NCBI GenBank assembly: GCA_002269645.1
Contig: NIVC01003731.1
Span: forward strand, 15,882 to 79,881
Length of the DNA: 64,000 nt
Direction: 5' to 3'
From: Macrostomum lignano
Taxonomy: Eukaryota
Shown: in pieces, positions 24,925 through 36,745 of the stretch
Numbering within the stretch: the stretch's first letter is position 1
Layout: every line of letters starts with the position of its first letter
The notes under the pieces: model-generated
What the model was told of the DNA's origin: nothing
Seen by the model: the letters and a program-made list of their open reading frames with translations, nothing else
Database searches by the model: none
Made by a program: the position numbers and the translations under genes

Positions 24925-25625
24925 GACAGGACCACCGAGATAGAGACAAGACCACGGAGATGGAGACAGGAACACCGAGATAGAGACAAGACCACGGAGA
25001 TGGAGACAGGAACACCGAGATAGAGACAAGACCACGGAGATGGAGACAGGAACACCGAGATAGAGACAAGACCACGGAGATGGAGACAGGAACACCGAGA
25101 TAGAGACAGGAACACCGAGATAGAGACAATACCACGGAGATGGAGACAGGAACACCGAGATAGAGACAGGAACACTGAGATAGAGACAGGAACACCGAGA
25201 TAGAGACAGGAACACCGAGATAGAGACAGGAACACCGAGATAGAGACAATACCACGGAGATGGAGACAGGAACACCGAGATAGAGACAGGAACATGGCGG
25301 TGTAGACAGGAAAACCGAGACAGAGACGGGAACACCGAGATAGAGACAGGAACATGGCGGTGTAGACAGGAAAACCGAGACAGAGACAGGAACACCGAGA
25401 TAGAGACAGGGATTCTGGGAGACAGACAGAGACTCTGGGATACAGACAGAGACTCTGGGATAGAGACAGGGACTCTGGGAAAGAGACAGGGACTCTGGGA
25501 TAGAGACAGGGACTCTGGGAAAGAGACAGGGACTCTGGGATAGAGACAGGGACTCTGGGAAAGATACAGGGACTCTGGGAAAGAGACAGGGACTCTGGGA
25601 TAGAGACAGGAACTCTGGGATAGAC
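24925..25625. repeat. 20-bp minisatellite GAACACCGAGATAGAGACAG with a 40-bp higher-order unit, grading into GACTCTGGGATAGAGACAGG
   Basis: A period of 40 is visible at 24940-25090. Confidence 0.95.
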
Positions 25626-26386
25626 AGGTGAAAAGTCACAGTCAATTAGACCGAAGGAAGATAGGTAGAGGTACAAAAGCGAGGCAAGAATGCTTGATGG
25701 GAAGTTACTCCCCGCTCTCCCCTTTTCACCTGCCGGGTCAGCTCTAATGACACGAGGGATGCCTGAGCAGCTTCTTTATCAGCTTGACTCTCCCAGGCCT
25801 CCCAATCGCTTCGCCTTTTGGTCGGCTGCTCACATGCTCGCGCATTATTTTTCTCTTTATTGAAAATTGCTGCTTCTGCTGCTCATTTTCATCTGCTGCC
25901 GCTCTTGCTCTCAGCTTTATTCGCCTCTGAACTGCCCCTGCAAGGCCCCCCTGCCGATTCCCCTTAAACCCCCGTCCCACTCTCCCTCTCTATCAAGACG
26001 CCGACTTTCTCCTTTCTACAGGATTTCAACTGAAAGGATAGACGGAGTAGAGCAGAGTGAATGTGCGCGTATATTAGAAGTCGGCGGGTTATGATGAGGC
26101 AAAGTAGAGATCTGGGGGGAGAGGGAAGCTTATTGCCGCAGCGCTACCATTTAGAGTGCTAGCAATAATATGCCAAAGCTAGGAAGCTGGGACAGAGTGG
26201 GTAGTTGACTTACTGACAGATCATACGCCCGTATTGCTTGTATTGGAGTCTCCGGTTGTCCCAAAAACTGGAGCCTTGCATGAACCACTTGTTCTCCCAT
26301 ATAGTGCAGTGTGTCTGATCAGTTTTTTAGCTTAGTTTTATAACCAATGCTACTCGTAAATCTACTCACGATTCACAGCTTCGGGG

Positions 26387-26577
26387 CCAACCCCCAAGGG
26401 ACAGAGAGTGTACATGTGTGACGATTAGAAAGTCAGGGCTGATGTACACCCTGTGTGAGCGTGTGCATGAGTGCTGTGCCTGCGTACATAATTGGGGCGC
26501 TTGAGTTAGCGGAATGTGCAGAATTGCCTCAGCGCAGGTAGTGGGACCATGTCGCCGAAGGCGTTGCGCCAAGGTGT
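26387..26577. mobile_element. Dispersed repeat, longest copy of a family also at 8944-9054 and (inverted fragment) 40259-40296
   Basis: Shared sequence blocks read directly. Class not determined. Confidence 0.7.
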
Positions 26578-28306
26578 CACCTCCGAATACTATTATTATT
26601 ACTATTTAATTCCACTCCAATAGCGTTAAACTTGCTCTATAGAGTCAAATTGGGCACCTTATCCCCCGATACCGATGGATGAAGATGCTTAGAGACCCTT
26701 AGAGACTGGAACGATGAGTCACACACAGCTCGGGAGAGGGGGGGGGCAGCGCTGAAATCGAACAGATTTTCTCGCGTCTCGGTTTGACAAGGCCGAGTTT
26801 GGAGCGTAACCTGAGCTGCTTCCTTGAGCTGCTGCTGCTTTGGCTGCTGCTGCTGTTTCCATTAAAGCAACTCCCCGATTGAATTTGGCCCGCAGCTAGC
26901 TGTGATGATGCAAGACTTGCGCCAATCTTACATGCTGATTTTGCTATAGTTTTCTTCACCGGGCGAGAGAAACTCAGCCGACTCTAAACAGCGGTCGGCG
27001 ATGGCATGAGCAGCCCAAACCCCATCGCTATTCCATCTTCTTATTTCTGGGGGAATTACTTTCTTCTGACCGCCTGTCAGAAGCTTAATCTGGTAGATTG
27101 AATTGCCAACTGCCGCAAGTCGAACCGGAGTTCTTGAAGTCAGAGAAATAATATTCTGCTTCATCCAGCGCCTGGTTCCGCAATAATTCATAAAGTGGCC
27201 AGCTTTCTTCCCTAGGGAGATAACTACCAACCCCCCTTCCCCTATTTTCCTCGCAGTGTTCTATCTGGGGAGTGGGAAAACGATAGACTAGGCCACATTG
27301 TGGGCAATACACAATTTGCATACTCAACCCCGGCGGCTTTAATCGCTTTCGCCTAATTTTTATGGTAGCTTTTCGATGCTCAGATGCTCATAGCCTCCCT
27401 ATTTGATGCCCCCGGTCTCTCTCTCCCAGATTGAATTGGGCCTCCATAATTCGCCTATTAAGCTGCGCGGAATGGGATTGGAGTTTTGGGGCTGTCTGAC
27501 TTGACCCCCCAACTGGTGCGCGGGATCTTTTTTTTATTAATTGCTCCCACAGGCTCCGCCAAGGCTTCTCGGTAGCTGCCGTACTAAGCAGAAACCTCTT
27601 GCAACTAGCAAACTTTCCTTCGCGATTGCCTGCCCCTCTGGCTACTCCTCTCTGCCCTCCTGTCTCTCCCTCTCTGTCTCTCCGTTTCCTTTTGCGTGGC
27701 CTTCTCAAATTCTGCATCAATGCAACTCAAGCCCAGCCCGTGGCCGAGTGTCCAGTGTCAAGCATCGATTGCTTTCCTATTGCTTCTCTTTGAATGAATC
27801 ATTTTTTGCTTCTCTTCAACAAGGGGGGGGGGGTAGCAAAAGCTTCGTGTGTGCGCGCCCCGCTCAGATGATACGGCCAGATAGGGGCGGGTCCCGCGGC
27901 CGATTCGCAGAGGCCTCAACACAAGCCAACAAGTGTCGCCTTTCCTTCACCTTCGCTCCCCCCCCCCCGATAGATGCCTTGGCCTAGTGCCAACCGGGTT
28001 TAATCTCTTTTTTAACATGTTTTCCATTGCAATTTCCCCTGTTTCCAATCGGCCACACACTTGACCGGGGTTGAGTAGGTTGGCTTAAATTTGAGCCGAA
28101 GCTGCGGTTAAACAAAAATAATAATAATAATAATTCAGCGTTTTGGTCGACGGAGAGCTCCAGAGCCAATGCCGGAAGTCTGCTCTCGGATGCTGGGTCA
28201 TATTTTATTGTCCAAACTGTCTGACTCGCGAGTGCCTGATTTTGCCGCCCTACCAATTGCAATTTTTTTTCATTTTTATGTTTGTTTGTATTTTCCTTCA
28301 CTCAAG

Positions 28307-28408
28307 CGGACAGCCAACAACCGACTTCGGTGCCGGCGGCAAAGCTGCTTGTCCAGCTTAGCCCGGCGATGATGCGGGATGAATACTATTTCATTGATTA
28401 CGATAAGA
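28307..28408 (+). CDS. Lar: Candidate 102-nt phase 1-1 exon between the leader and Ig1 (xDSQQPTSVPAAKLLVQLSPAMMRDEYYFIDYDK)
   Basis: About 45-nt T-rich tract ending TCAAG|, open frame in the required phase, and an AGA|GTGAGT donor at 28409. Confidence 0.5.
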
Positions 28409-29238
28409 GTGAGTTGAGTCCGATCGTCGAGCAGGCTATGGCCTAGTCTGTGAATAGGGAAAGTTGTAATGTGTTGTTGTGGCTGGTGGCAGCGGAGCAG
28501 CTCGTTGCCGCGCGTCCAGGTGGGGGCGCCAGAGATGCATAATTAATTAGGCAGGTCTGAGCGGCCTCGCGTGCCGACTGGATTTCGGAGCACAGACACA
28601 GAGAGGGAGGAGAAACTGTTACGAGAAGCTTCTTCGCGCTGATCGGGCGGCGCTGAAGCTCAAGGAAAACTGAGCCGCCGGTCTTACAGAGGCCGAGAGG
28701 CACAGAGTGAGAGAGTGAGAGGGGGCCACTTGATTTCCTTGGTCCAGTGCGGACCCCGTGGCGCCTGCTTGGGCTCACGCTGGAACTTCGCTTCCTCTCC
28801 AGCATCCCACGGGCCCCGCCTCATCGCTCATTTGTTCCTAGGCTGCTGGAGCGATGGAGGGAGGAAGGAAAAGGGAGGATTGTCAGATGGAATCAGGCAA
28901 ATTCGAGCAAACTTATCCCACTAGTTTTTATTCCTTAACCCGGGCTTACTCTCACTTTGAGCCTCAATGCGCCTGGGGGGATAAAAAAACTGCTCTGAAC
29001 TTGAAAATCCCCAAGCCAAGAAAGAGAGAGAGAGAGAGGGGGAATGAGGTTAATTCCCGGCACTGAACTTGACAGAAAGAAAGAATAGGGAAACTTCCAT
29101 GCAAAACTGCGCCCGAGTATGCAGAGAATAAGATTACAAAATAGCTGGTGTGAAAGAAGAAAGTGCCAGCCGATGGGAACCTGCTGGATCCCAAATATCC
29201 TCTTTCCTCGGCGCCCTTCCTTCCCGCTCGCCTTTCTT

Positions 29239-29242
<4 letters not shown>

Positions 29243-29279
<37 letters not shown>

Positions 29280-29452
29280 CGCTTTTCATCTTGGCGGCCA
29301 GCCCCGCTCGGCGAAATCCGGCAGTGCTCAGCTGAAATCCTACACCTCCGCCCACTAACCCCGGCGGCGGAGGAGGAGGCGCACTGGCAAGATGCTGGCA
29401 AGGTTTTACAATCCTTCATACACACACACACAGCCAGCTCCATGCCCGCTAC

Positions 29453-29482
<30 letters not shown>
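29243..29482. repeat. (CT)n at about 29243-29276 and (GT)n at about 29456-29482 microsatellites
   Basis: Read directly. Confidence 0.9.
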
Positions 29483-29486
<4 letters not shown>

Positions 29487-30637
29487 CACCCCCCTCGATT
29501 GCATTGCAACCAGAGACCAACTGGCTGAATGCAAGCTGCCGGCTGCTACTTATTCTTCATCTGCGCTTTTCTGCACCGGGAGATGGGAGCTTGCCGGGGG
29601 GATTTGGGAGGCTGGAAGCTGCTGCTGAGTAGCCGAAAAGCCAGTGCCTCTAGGAGAAGTTGAAGTGGTGCGCCTCGCCCTCCCCTTCATTCCCCGTCTG
29701 TCCCTCTCTTCTCCCGCTGCCTTCTATGCAGCTTCTTCCCCCGCCTCCCCCCAGTTTCTCCCGGTAGCGCCGCTTTTCAAACCGGGTGGGCCGTCGCCAG
29801 AAATTCTTTCACTCAGGCTCCCCCTCTCCCCTCATCATCCAAATCTGCCGGCACACTCTCTCCCTCCCGTCTGCAGCCTCATCGCGTCCTCACTTTCTAC
29901 AGAATGCTAAAGAATTTTTTGCCAATGCGCAAAGTCAGGAAACAGATGCATATTTTTACAAAAAGTATAAGCCATTTAGATCATTTTGAGAGCCCGCGGT
30001 AGCGGCGCTTCGCTGCTGGATGATGGAGAAAAAAATTTAAAAAAATGTTGAGACCAATTTTGATTGCCATCCGCTCTAGCAGGTGGGCTTCCGCCTGCGG
30101 TTGTGCAGACTGGCAAAGCTGATGTAGATAAGTGCGAATGCAGATGGTGAAATCGGAGAGTGCTCCTGGGTGTCCTTGAGTTGATTTGTTTTCTTGCCGG
30201 GCTAGATGGGAGTTGGTCTCTCCCCTTCCCTCGCCCCTATCTCGGCGCCTCCCCCCTTTCGATTTCTAACGTTATTGATATGAGCCCGCTCGCGGCCAGC
30301 TCCCAGCGCTCTGTTTGGCCTTGCGGTTGCCAGCCTCCCGCCTAGCCTATTGAATAGCCACGGCCCGCTCTGGGAGACTGCGGTCGACGGAGAGTCGGTA
30401 GCAAGATAATGACGGAGGGTGGGCGGTCGGGGAGGAGCGGAGATGTGGAAAATTTGATGTGAAAAGTTTTTGTGAGAAGTCTAGGCGGGGCCCGGCTACT
30501 TCTGATCAGTAATGTCCTTGATCACCTCAGCTTTTGCCTATTTGAACTTTTAAGCTGCCGATTATGTTCTTTTGGGGTACTGAAAAATTTGCAAATTGAT
30601 TTTACCCGATGCGGTCGGATTCTCAGGTACAGCATGG

Positions 30638-32400
30638 AATAGATGAGAATCGATCCTGAAGTAGATGAGAATCAATCCTGAAGTAGATGAGAATCGATAC
30701 TGAAGTAGATGAGAATCGATCCTGAAGTAGATGAGAATCGATCCTGAAGTAGATGAGAATCGATCCTGAAGTAGATGAGAATCGATCCTGAAGTAGATGA
30801 GAATCGATCCTGAAGTAGATGAGAATCGATCCTGAAGTAGATGAGAATCGATCCTGAAGTAGATAAGAATCGATCCTGAAGTAGATGAGAGTCGATTCTG
30901 AAGTAGATGAGAATCGATCCTGAAGTAGATGAGAATCGGTTCTGAAGTAGATGAGAATCGATCCTGAAGTAGATAAGAATCAATCCTGAAGTAGATGAGA
31001 ATCGATCCTGAAGTAGATAAGAATCGATCCTGAAGTAGATGAGAATCGATCCTGAAGTAGATGAGAATCGATACTGAAGTAGATGAGAATCGATCCTGAA
31101 GTAGATGAGAATTGATCCTGAAGTCGATGAGAATCGATCCTGAAGTAGATGAGAATCGATCCTGAAGTAGATAAGAATCGATCCTGAAGTAGATGAGAAT
31201 TGATCCTGAAGTAGATGAGAATCGATCCTGAAGTAGATGAGAATTGATCCTGAAGTAGATAAGAATCGATCCTGAAGTAGATGAGAATCGATCCTGAAGT
31301 AGATGAGAATCGATCCTGAAGTAGATAAGAATCGATCCTGAAGTAGATGAGAGTCGATTCTGAAGTAGATGAGAATCGATCCTGAAGTAGATGAGAATCG
31401 GTTCTGAAGTAGATGAGAATCGATCCTGAAGTAGATAAGAATCAATCCTGAAGTAGATGAGAATCGATCCTGAAGTAGATAAGAATCGATCCTGAAGTAG
31501 ATGAGAATCGATCCTGAAGTAGATGAGAATCGATACTGAAGTAGATGAGAATCGATCCTGAAGTAGATGAGAATTGATCCTGAAGTCGATGAGAATCGAT
31601 CCTGAAGTAGATGAGAATCGATCCTGAAGTAGATAAGAATCGATCCTGAAGTAGATGAGAATTGATCCTGAAGTAGATGAGAATCGATCCTGAAGTAGAT
31701 GAGAATTGATCCTGAAGTAGATAAGAATCGATCCTGAAGTAGATGAGAATCGATCCTGAAGTAGATGAGAATCGATACTGAAGTAGATGAGAATCGATCC
31801 TGAAGTAGATGAGAATTGATCCTGAAGTCGATGAGAATCGATCCTGAAGTAGATGAGAATCGATCCTGAAGTAGATGAGAATCGATCCTGAAGTAGATGA
31901 GAATCGATCCTGAAGTAGATAAGAATCGATCCTGAAGTAGATGAGAATCGATCCTGAAGTAGATGAGAACCGATCCTGAAGTAGATGAGAATCGATCCTG
32001 AAGTAGATGAGAACCGATCCTGAAGTAGATGAGAATCGATCCTGAAGTAGATGAGAATCGATCCTGAAGTAGATGAGAATCGATCCTGAAGTAGATGAGA
32101 ATCGATCCTGAAGTAGATGAGAATCGATCCTGAAGTAGATGAGAATCGATCCTGAAGTAGATAAGAATCGATCCTGAAGTAGATGAGAGTCGATTCTGAA
32201 GTAGATGAGAATCGATCCTGAAGTAGATGAGAATCGGTTCTGAAGTAGATGAGAATCGATCCTGAAGTAGATAAGAATCAATCCTGAAGTAGATGAGAAT
32301 CGATCCTGAAGTAGATGAGAATCGATCCTGAAGTAGATGAGAATCAATCCTGAAGTAGATGAGAATATATCCTTAGATAGATGAGATTCGATCCTAAGGT
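30638..32400. repeat. 22-bp minisatellite GAAGTAGATGAGAATCGATCCT, about 79 copies
   Basis: Direct periodicity. Variant pattern repeats at 462 bp (21 units). Confidence 0.98.
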
Positions 32401-32489
32401 ATCAGATGAGGATATCCGGACTTCGTTCACTGAATGCTAAGAATGTCACAATCACAATGTCCCTGTCACCTGACTAACGCACATTGCAG

Positions 32490-32795
32490 AGGAGGCGCGG
32501 ATCACCCAGGGTCCGGAGACAATCACCGTGCTGGACAACACCGCGGCCCTCTTCATCTGCCGCGCCGAGGGCAGCCCCGCACCTGAGATCGAATGGCTGG
32601 TGAACAATCGCCGCGTCACGCCCAGGCTGCCTAGGTACTTCTCATTCGCCATCTCGTTTGGCAAGGTGCTGCGCGCCGAGCTGGTTCGAGCCAGCGAAGA
32701 CAACAACACCCTCATCGCCTGCGTAGCCAAGAACGCCGTCTCGTCCAGGTCTGTCACCCAGACAGCCAGGCTCTACGTGTATCCCAAAGCGTCAG
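32490..32795 (+). CDS. Lar: LAR-family RPTP exon: Ig domain 1 (EARITQGPETITVLDNTAALFICRAEGSPAPEIEW...LIACVAKN...ARLYVYPKAS)
   Basis: TGACTAAC branch point at 32471-32478, TGCAG| acceptor, CAG|GTAAG donor. 306 nt, phase 1-1, with I-set C-x(11)-W...C pattern. Confidence 0.95.
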
Positions 32796-32864
32796 GTAAG
32801 ATTTCTGCTTGATTGATAGAATTTTTAACAGTTTGGGAAGTTGAAGCTTTCGAGTAGGTTACCT

Positions 32865-33205
32865 GTCACCTGTTACCTGTCACCTGTTACATCAGTGTCC
32901 CATTCCTGTTACATCAGTCTCCCATTCCTGTTACATCAGTCTCCCATTCCTGTTACATCAGTCTCCCATTCCTGTTACATCAGTCTCCCATTCCTGTTAC
33001 ATCAGTCTCCCATTCCTGTTACATCAGTCTCCCATTCCTGTTACATCAGTCTCCCATTCCTGTTACATCAGTCTCCCATTCCTGTTACATCAGTCTCCCA
33101 TTCCTGTTACATCAGTCTCCCATTCCTGTTACATCAGTCTCCCATTCCTGTTACATCAGTCTCCCATTCCTGTTACATCAGTCTCCCATTCCTGTTACAT
33201 CAGTG
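32865..33205. repeat. 22-bp minisatellite CCCATTCCTGTTACATCAGTCT, near-perfect, about 14 copies
   Basis: Direct periodicity. Confidence 0.97.
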
Positions 33206-33644
33206 CTCGGGTTTGTTTTATTTACTAATAGTGCTAACCGAGCAAGCAGCAGTTTTAGGTCTTTGAATAATCAATTGGTTCGTGCCCTTTCTATACGTAC
33301 TTTTCCTTCCACCTGTTTAATTTCTTTGCCTCGAAATTTTCTCTTTTTTGCCTGACTGAATCGCCTTTGTGTCTTTTGTGTGTCTGCTGTTTGCCTTTAT
33401 CGATTGCGAACAGAAAGGGTGCACTGGCTTTTAACCTGAGTAGCTTGGGCCTGGGGTCTGCATTCTTTGCTGCCTTTGATCTTAGTCCTCCTTTTTGGGC
33501 GCTATTGGGTCTATTGAAAATCAGCATGGCACACGGGGAGACACACGGTATTTATGGGGTGATAGAATTCGTTTCACATTTTACAAATTTATTATTTTGG
33601 AAATTCAGTACCTATTTTTCTAAAGGAAAAATGAAATAAGATAA

Positions 33645-34215
33645 GACGCTAAGACAGACACAAGACAGACACAAGACAGACACTAAGACACACTAATAAA
33701 GACACTAGGACACACTAAGACAGACACTAATTGACACGCAGAGACAGACACAAGACAGACACAAGACAGACACTAAGACAGACACTAAGACAGACACTAA
33801 GACACACTAATAAAGACACTAGGACACACTAATAAAGACACTAGGACACACTAAGACAGACACTAATTGACACGCAGAGACAGACACTAAGACACACTAA
33901 GACAGACACTAGGACACACTAAGACAGACACTAATAAGATACACTAGGACAGACACTGAGACACACTAAGACAGACACTAATAAGATACACTAGGACAGA
34001 CACTGAGACACACTAAGACAGACACTAATTGACACGCAGAGACAGACACAAGACAGACACAAGACAGACGCTAAGACATGCAAAGACAGGCACTAGACAG
34101 ACAAAAGACAGACACTAATTAAACACACTAGGACAGACACGAGACAGATGCTAAGACAGAAACAAGACAGACACAAGACAGAAACAAGACAGACATTAAG
34201 ACACCAAGACACACT
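33645..34215. repeat. 12-bp minisatellite AGACAGACACTA (reverse complement of the 15663-16150 array)
   Basis: Variant blocks are exact reverse complements of 15901-16010. Confidence 0.95.
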
Positions 34216-34394
34216 GAGCACATGTGCAGCAATCTGTATACAAAAACATACATAGTTTGTCCAACATGTACACTTTATTACACTTTGAAAGTTTGGCCCT
34301 CGTTGATGTTAGTTGCTGAAGCAGACCCCAGGCTGCGGCACCAGAGCACCTAAAATACCTAATGGATAATCGCCGCCCACCTCTCGCTGCGCAG

Positions 34395-34571
34395 TGATCC
34401 CAGCCGGCTTCCCGCGCATCGTCAAGCCGCCGGGAATGCAGGTGGTTGAGAAAGACCAGCGCGTCACGCTGACGTGCCAGGTGAATGGCGAGCCTCGGCC
34501 GCGAGTTCTGTGGATCAAGGACTACATTCCGGTGGACTTGTCGCTGCCCAGGTTGTCCATGAGCCCAAATG
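34395..34571 (+). CDS. Lar: LAR-family RPTP exon: N-terminal part of Ig2 (VIPAGFPRIVKPPGMQVVEKDQRVTLTCQVNGEPRPRVLWIKDYIPVDLSLPRLSMSPN)
   Basis: GCAG| acceptor and G|GTGAG donor; 177 nt, phase 1-1. P-x-GFP...VVEK...C...G-x-P-x-P...W-x-KD-x-x-PVD is the LAR-family Ig2 signature. Confidence 0.96.
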
Positions 34572-35867
34572 GTGAGCTGAGATGACGAAATTATATACTC
34601 TTTTTTTGTTCAATGCATTTGTACACTACAGTAGCATTTATTTTATGTTGACTAGCATTTGCTGCCCCCCCCGAAGGAATCACGTGAATAACAAGGGTAT
34701 TATTGTACCATCACCAAATCGGATTGTCAATTAGTCAATCAATCAACCACTCTGTGGTCTTAATCCGTCCGTGCACTGACCCTGTCTGGCAATCTGCTAT
34801 CTAATCCATTCTTTATTTTTAGCGCTTTTTATAATTCAATACTCATTCCACCTCGGCTTCCCTCACTCCCTCTCTCTCTCTCTCTCTGTCTGGCTCATCC
34901 GCAGAAACCGCCTTTTCCTCGCCACCGCTCCCCCCCGTCCCATTCTCTAATGCTTGGCAGAGTCTCCATTCCTAAATTGAATTTCTGTTTCGGCTAGAAT
35001 TGCCCGCCGGCGAAATGCTCTGCTGTGTGTGTTTGTGTGTGTTTGGTCTCACTTGCGTGCTGTGCCGTTGATGAGGCGAAGAAGCCAAGCGAAGAAGAAG
35101 CAGTAACGCATACACAAAACAAAAACGCGCACAACGCGGAGATACGGACAGAAACACAGGAGCGACAGGCCGGATTAAGTAAAAGAAGAAAAAAGCTGCA
35201 AGTTTCTCAAAAAACTTTCCCTGCTCAAATTCGGAAGTCATACAGTTTCAGCATCCACCAGAGCTTTTTCTAGTGAGCTCCACCCGGACTGAATCAGAAT
35301 TGACTTATCCGCCTGGCATTCCGTCTGCCTCCAACTTGCTCGCTTTTCCTTTTCCCCGACCAGGCAAATTGGCATCAGCCACACACCGAGAGTCCCGGCT
35401 TGAGCTCTTGAGTTGAGGAGAGAAGGGCGGAGAAGGGCGGCGGGCAAGAGAGAAATTGACCGGAAGAAATCAATGTCTGGGGCAAAGATGGCCCGGTGAC
35501 CTCTGCCCCGGCCTCTGCAGGCACCGCCAGCTTGCTGACTGTCTGTGCTAGCAGCGTCTGCCAGCCTTAATTAGACTGGGTCTGCCTCTATAAGCAGTGG
35601 CTTCCCCAGGCGCCTTTGCTCTGCGTTTCTCTTCGTTTAGTGAGATGCCCCACCTCTCTTTTAATCTGCCAATCTCTCTTTAAGGTTCGTCTTCTGGATT
35701 TCACTCTCTAATTTCACTTCTCATACTTTCTCACTCGTCATCTTCATATTGCATTTCTGTATATCAGCTCTTGTCGAATTTTGAGGCAGCGAAATTTTAA
35801 TCATTAGCTATATTGTGAAAGTTAGGAAACCTTCTAACTTCTCTACTCTCTAAATTGTAGGAAGGGG

Positions 35868-36745
35868 TCAGCCTCCCAGAGTGTCAGTTGCTGGGCCAGC
35901 TTCCCAGATCCTCAGTTGCTGGGCCAGCCTCACAGATCTTCAGTTGCTGGGCCAGCCTCCCAGATCCTCAGTTGCTGGGCCAGCCTCCCAGATCCTCAGT
36001 TGCTGGGCCAGCCTCCCAGATCCTCAGTTGCTGGGCCAGCCTCCCAGATCCTCAGTTGCTGGGCCAGCCTCCCAGATCCTCAGTTGCTGGGCCAGACTCC
36101 CAGAGTGTCAGTTGCTGGGCCAGCCTCCCAGATCCTCAGTTGCTGGGCCAGCCTCCCAGATCCTCAGTTGCTGGGCCAGCCTCCCAGATCCTCAGTTGCT
36201 GGGCCAGCTTCCCAAAGTGTCAGTTGCTGGGCCAACTTCCCAGATCCTCAGTTGGCGGGCCACCGCCAGCCTCAGATCCTCAGTTGCTGGGCCAGCCTCC
36301 CAGATCCTCAGTTGCTGGGCCAGCCTCACAGATCCTCAGTTGCTGGGCCAGCCTCACAGATCCTCAGTTGCTGGGCCAGCCTCACAGATCCTCAGTTGCT
36401 GGGCCAGCCTCCCAGAGTGTCAGTTGCTGGGCCAGCCTCCCAGATCCTCAGTTGCTGGGCCAGCCTCCCAGATCCTCAGTTGCTGGGCCAGCTTCCCAGA
36501 GTGTCAGTTGCTGGGCCAGCCTCCCAGAGTGTCAGTTGCTGGGCCAGCCTCACAGATCCTCAGTTGCTGGGCCAGCCTCACAGATCCTCAGTTGCTGGGC
36601 CAGCCTCACAGATCCTCAGTTGCTGGGCCAGCCTCCCAGATCCTCAGTTGCTGGGCCAGCCTCCCAGATCCTTAGTTGCTGGGCCAGCCTCACAGAGTGT
36701 CAGTTGCTGGGCCAGCCTCACAGATCCTCAGTTGCTGGGCCAGCG
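35868..36745. repeat. 28-bp minisatellite family, array 3
   Basis: Same unit and orientation as arrays at 10503 and 12480. Confidence 0.97.
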
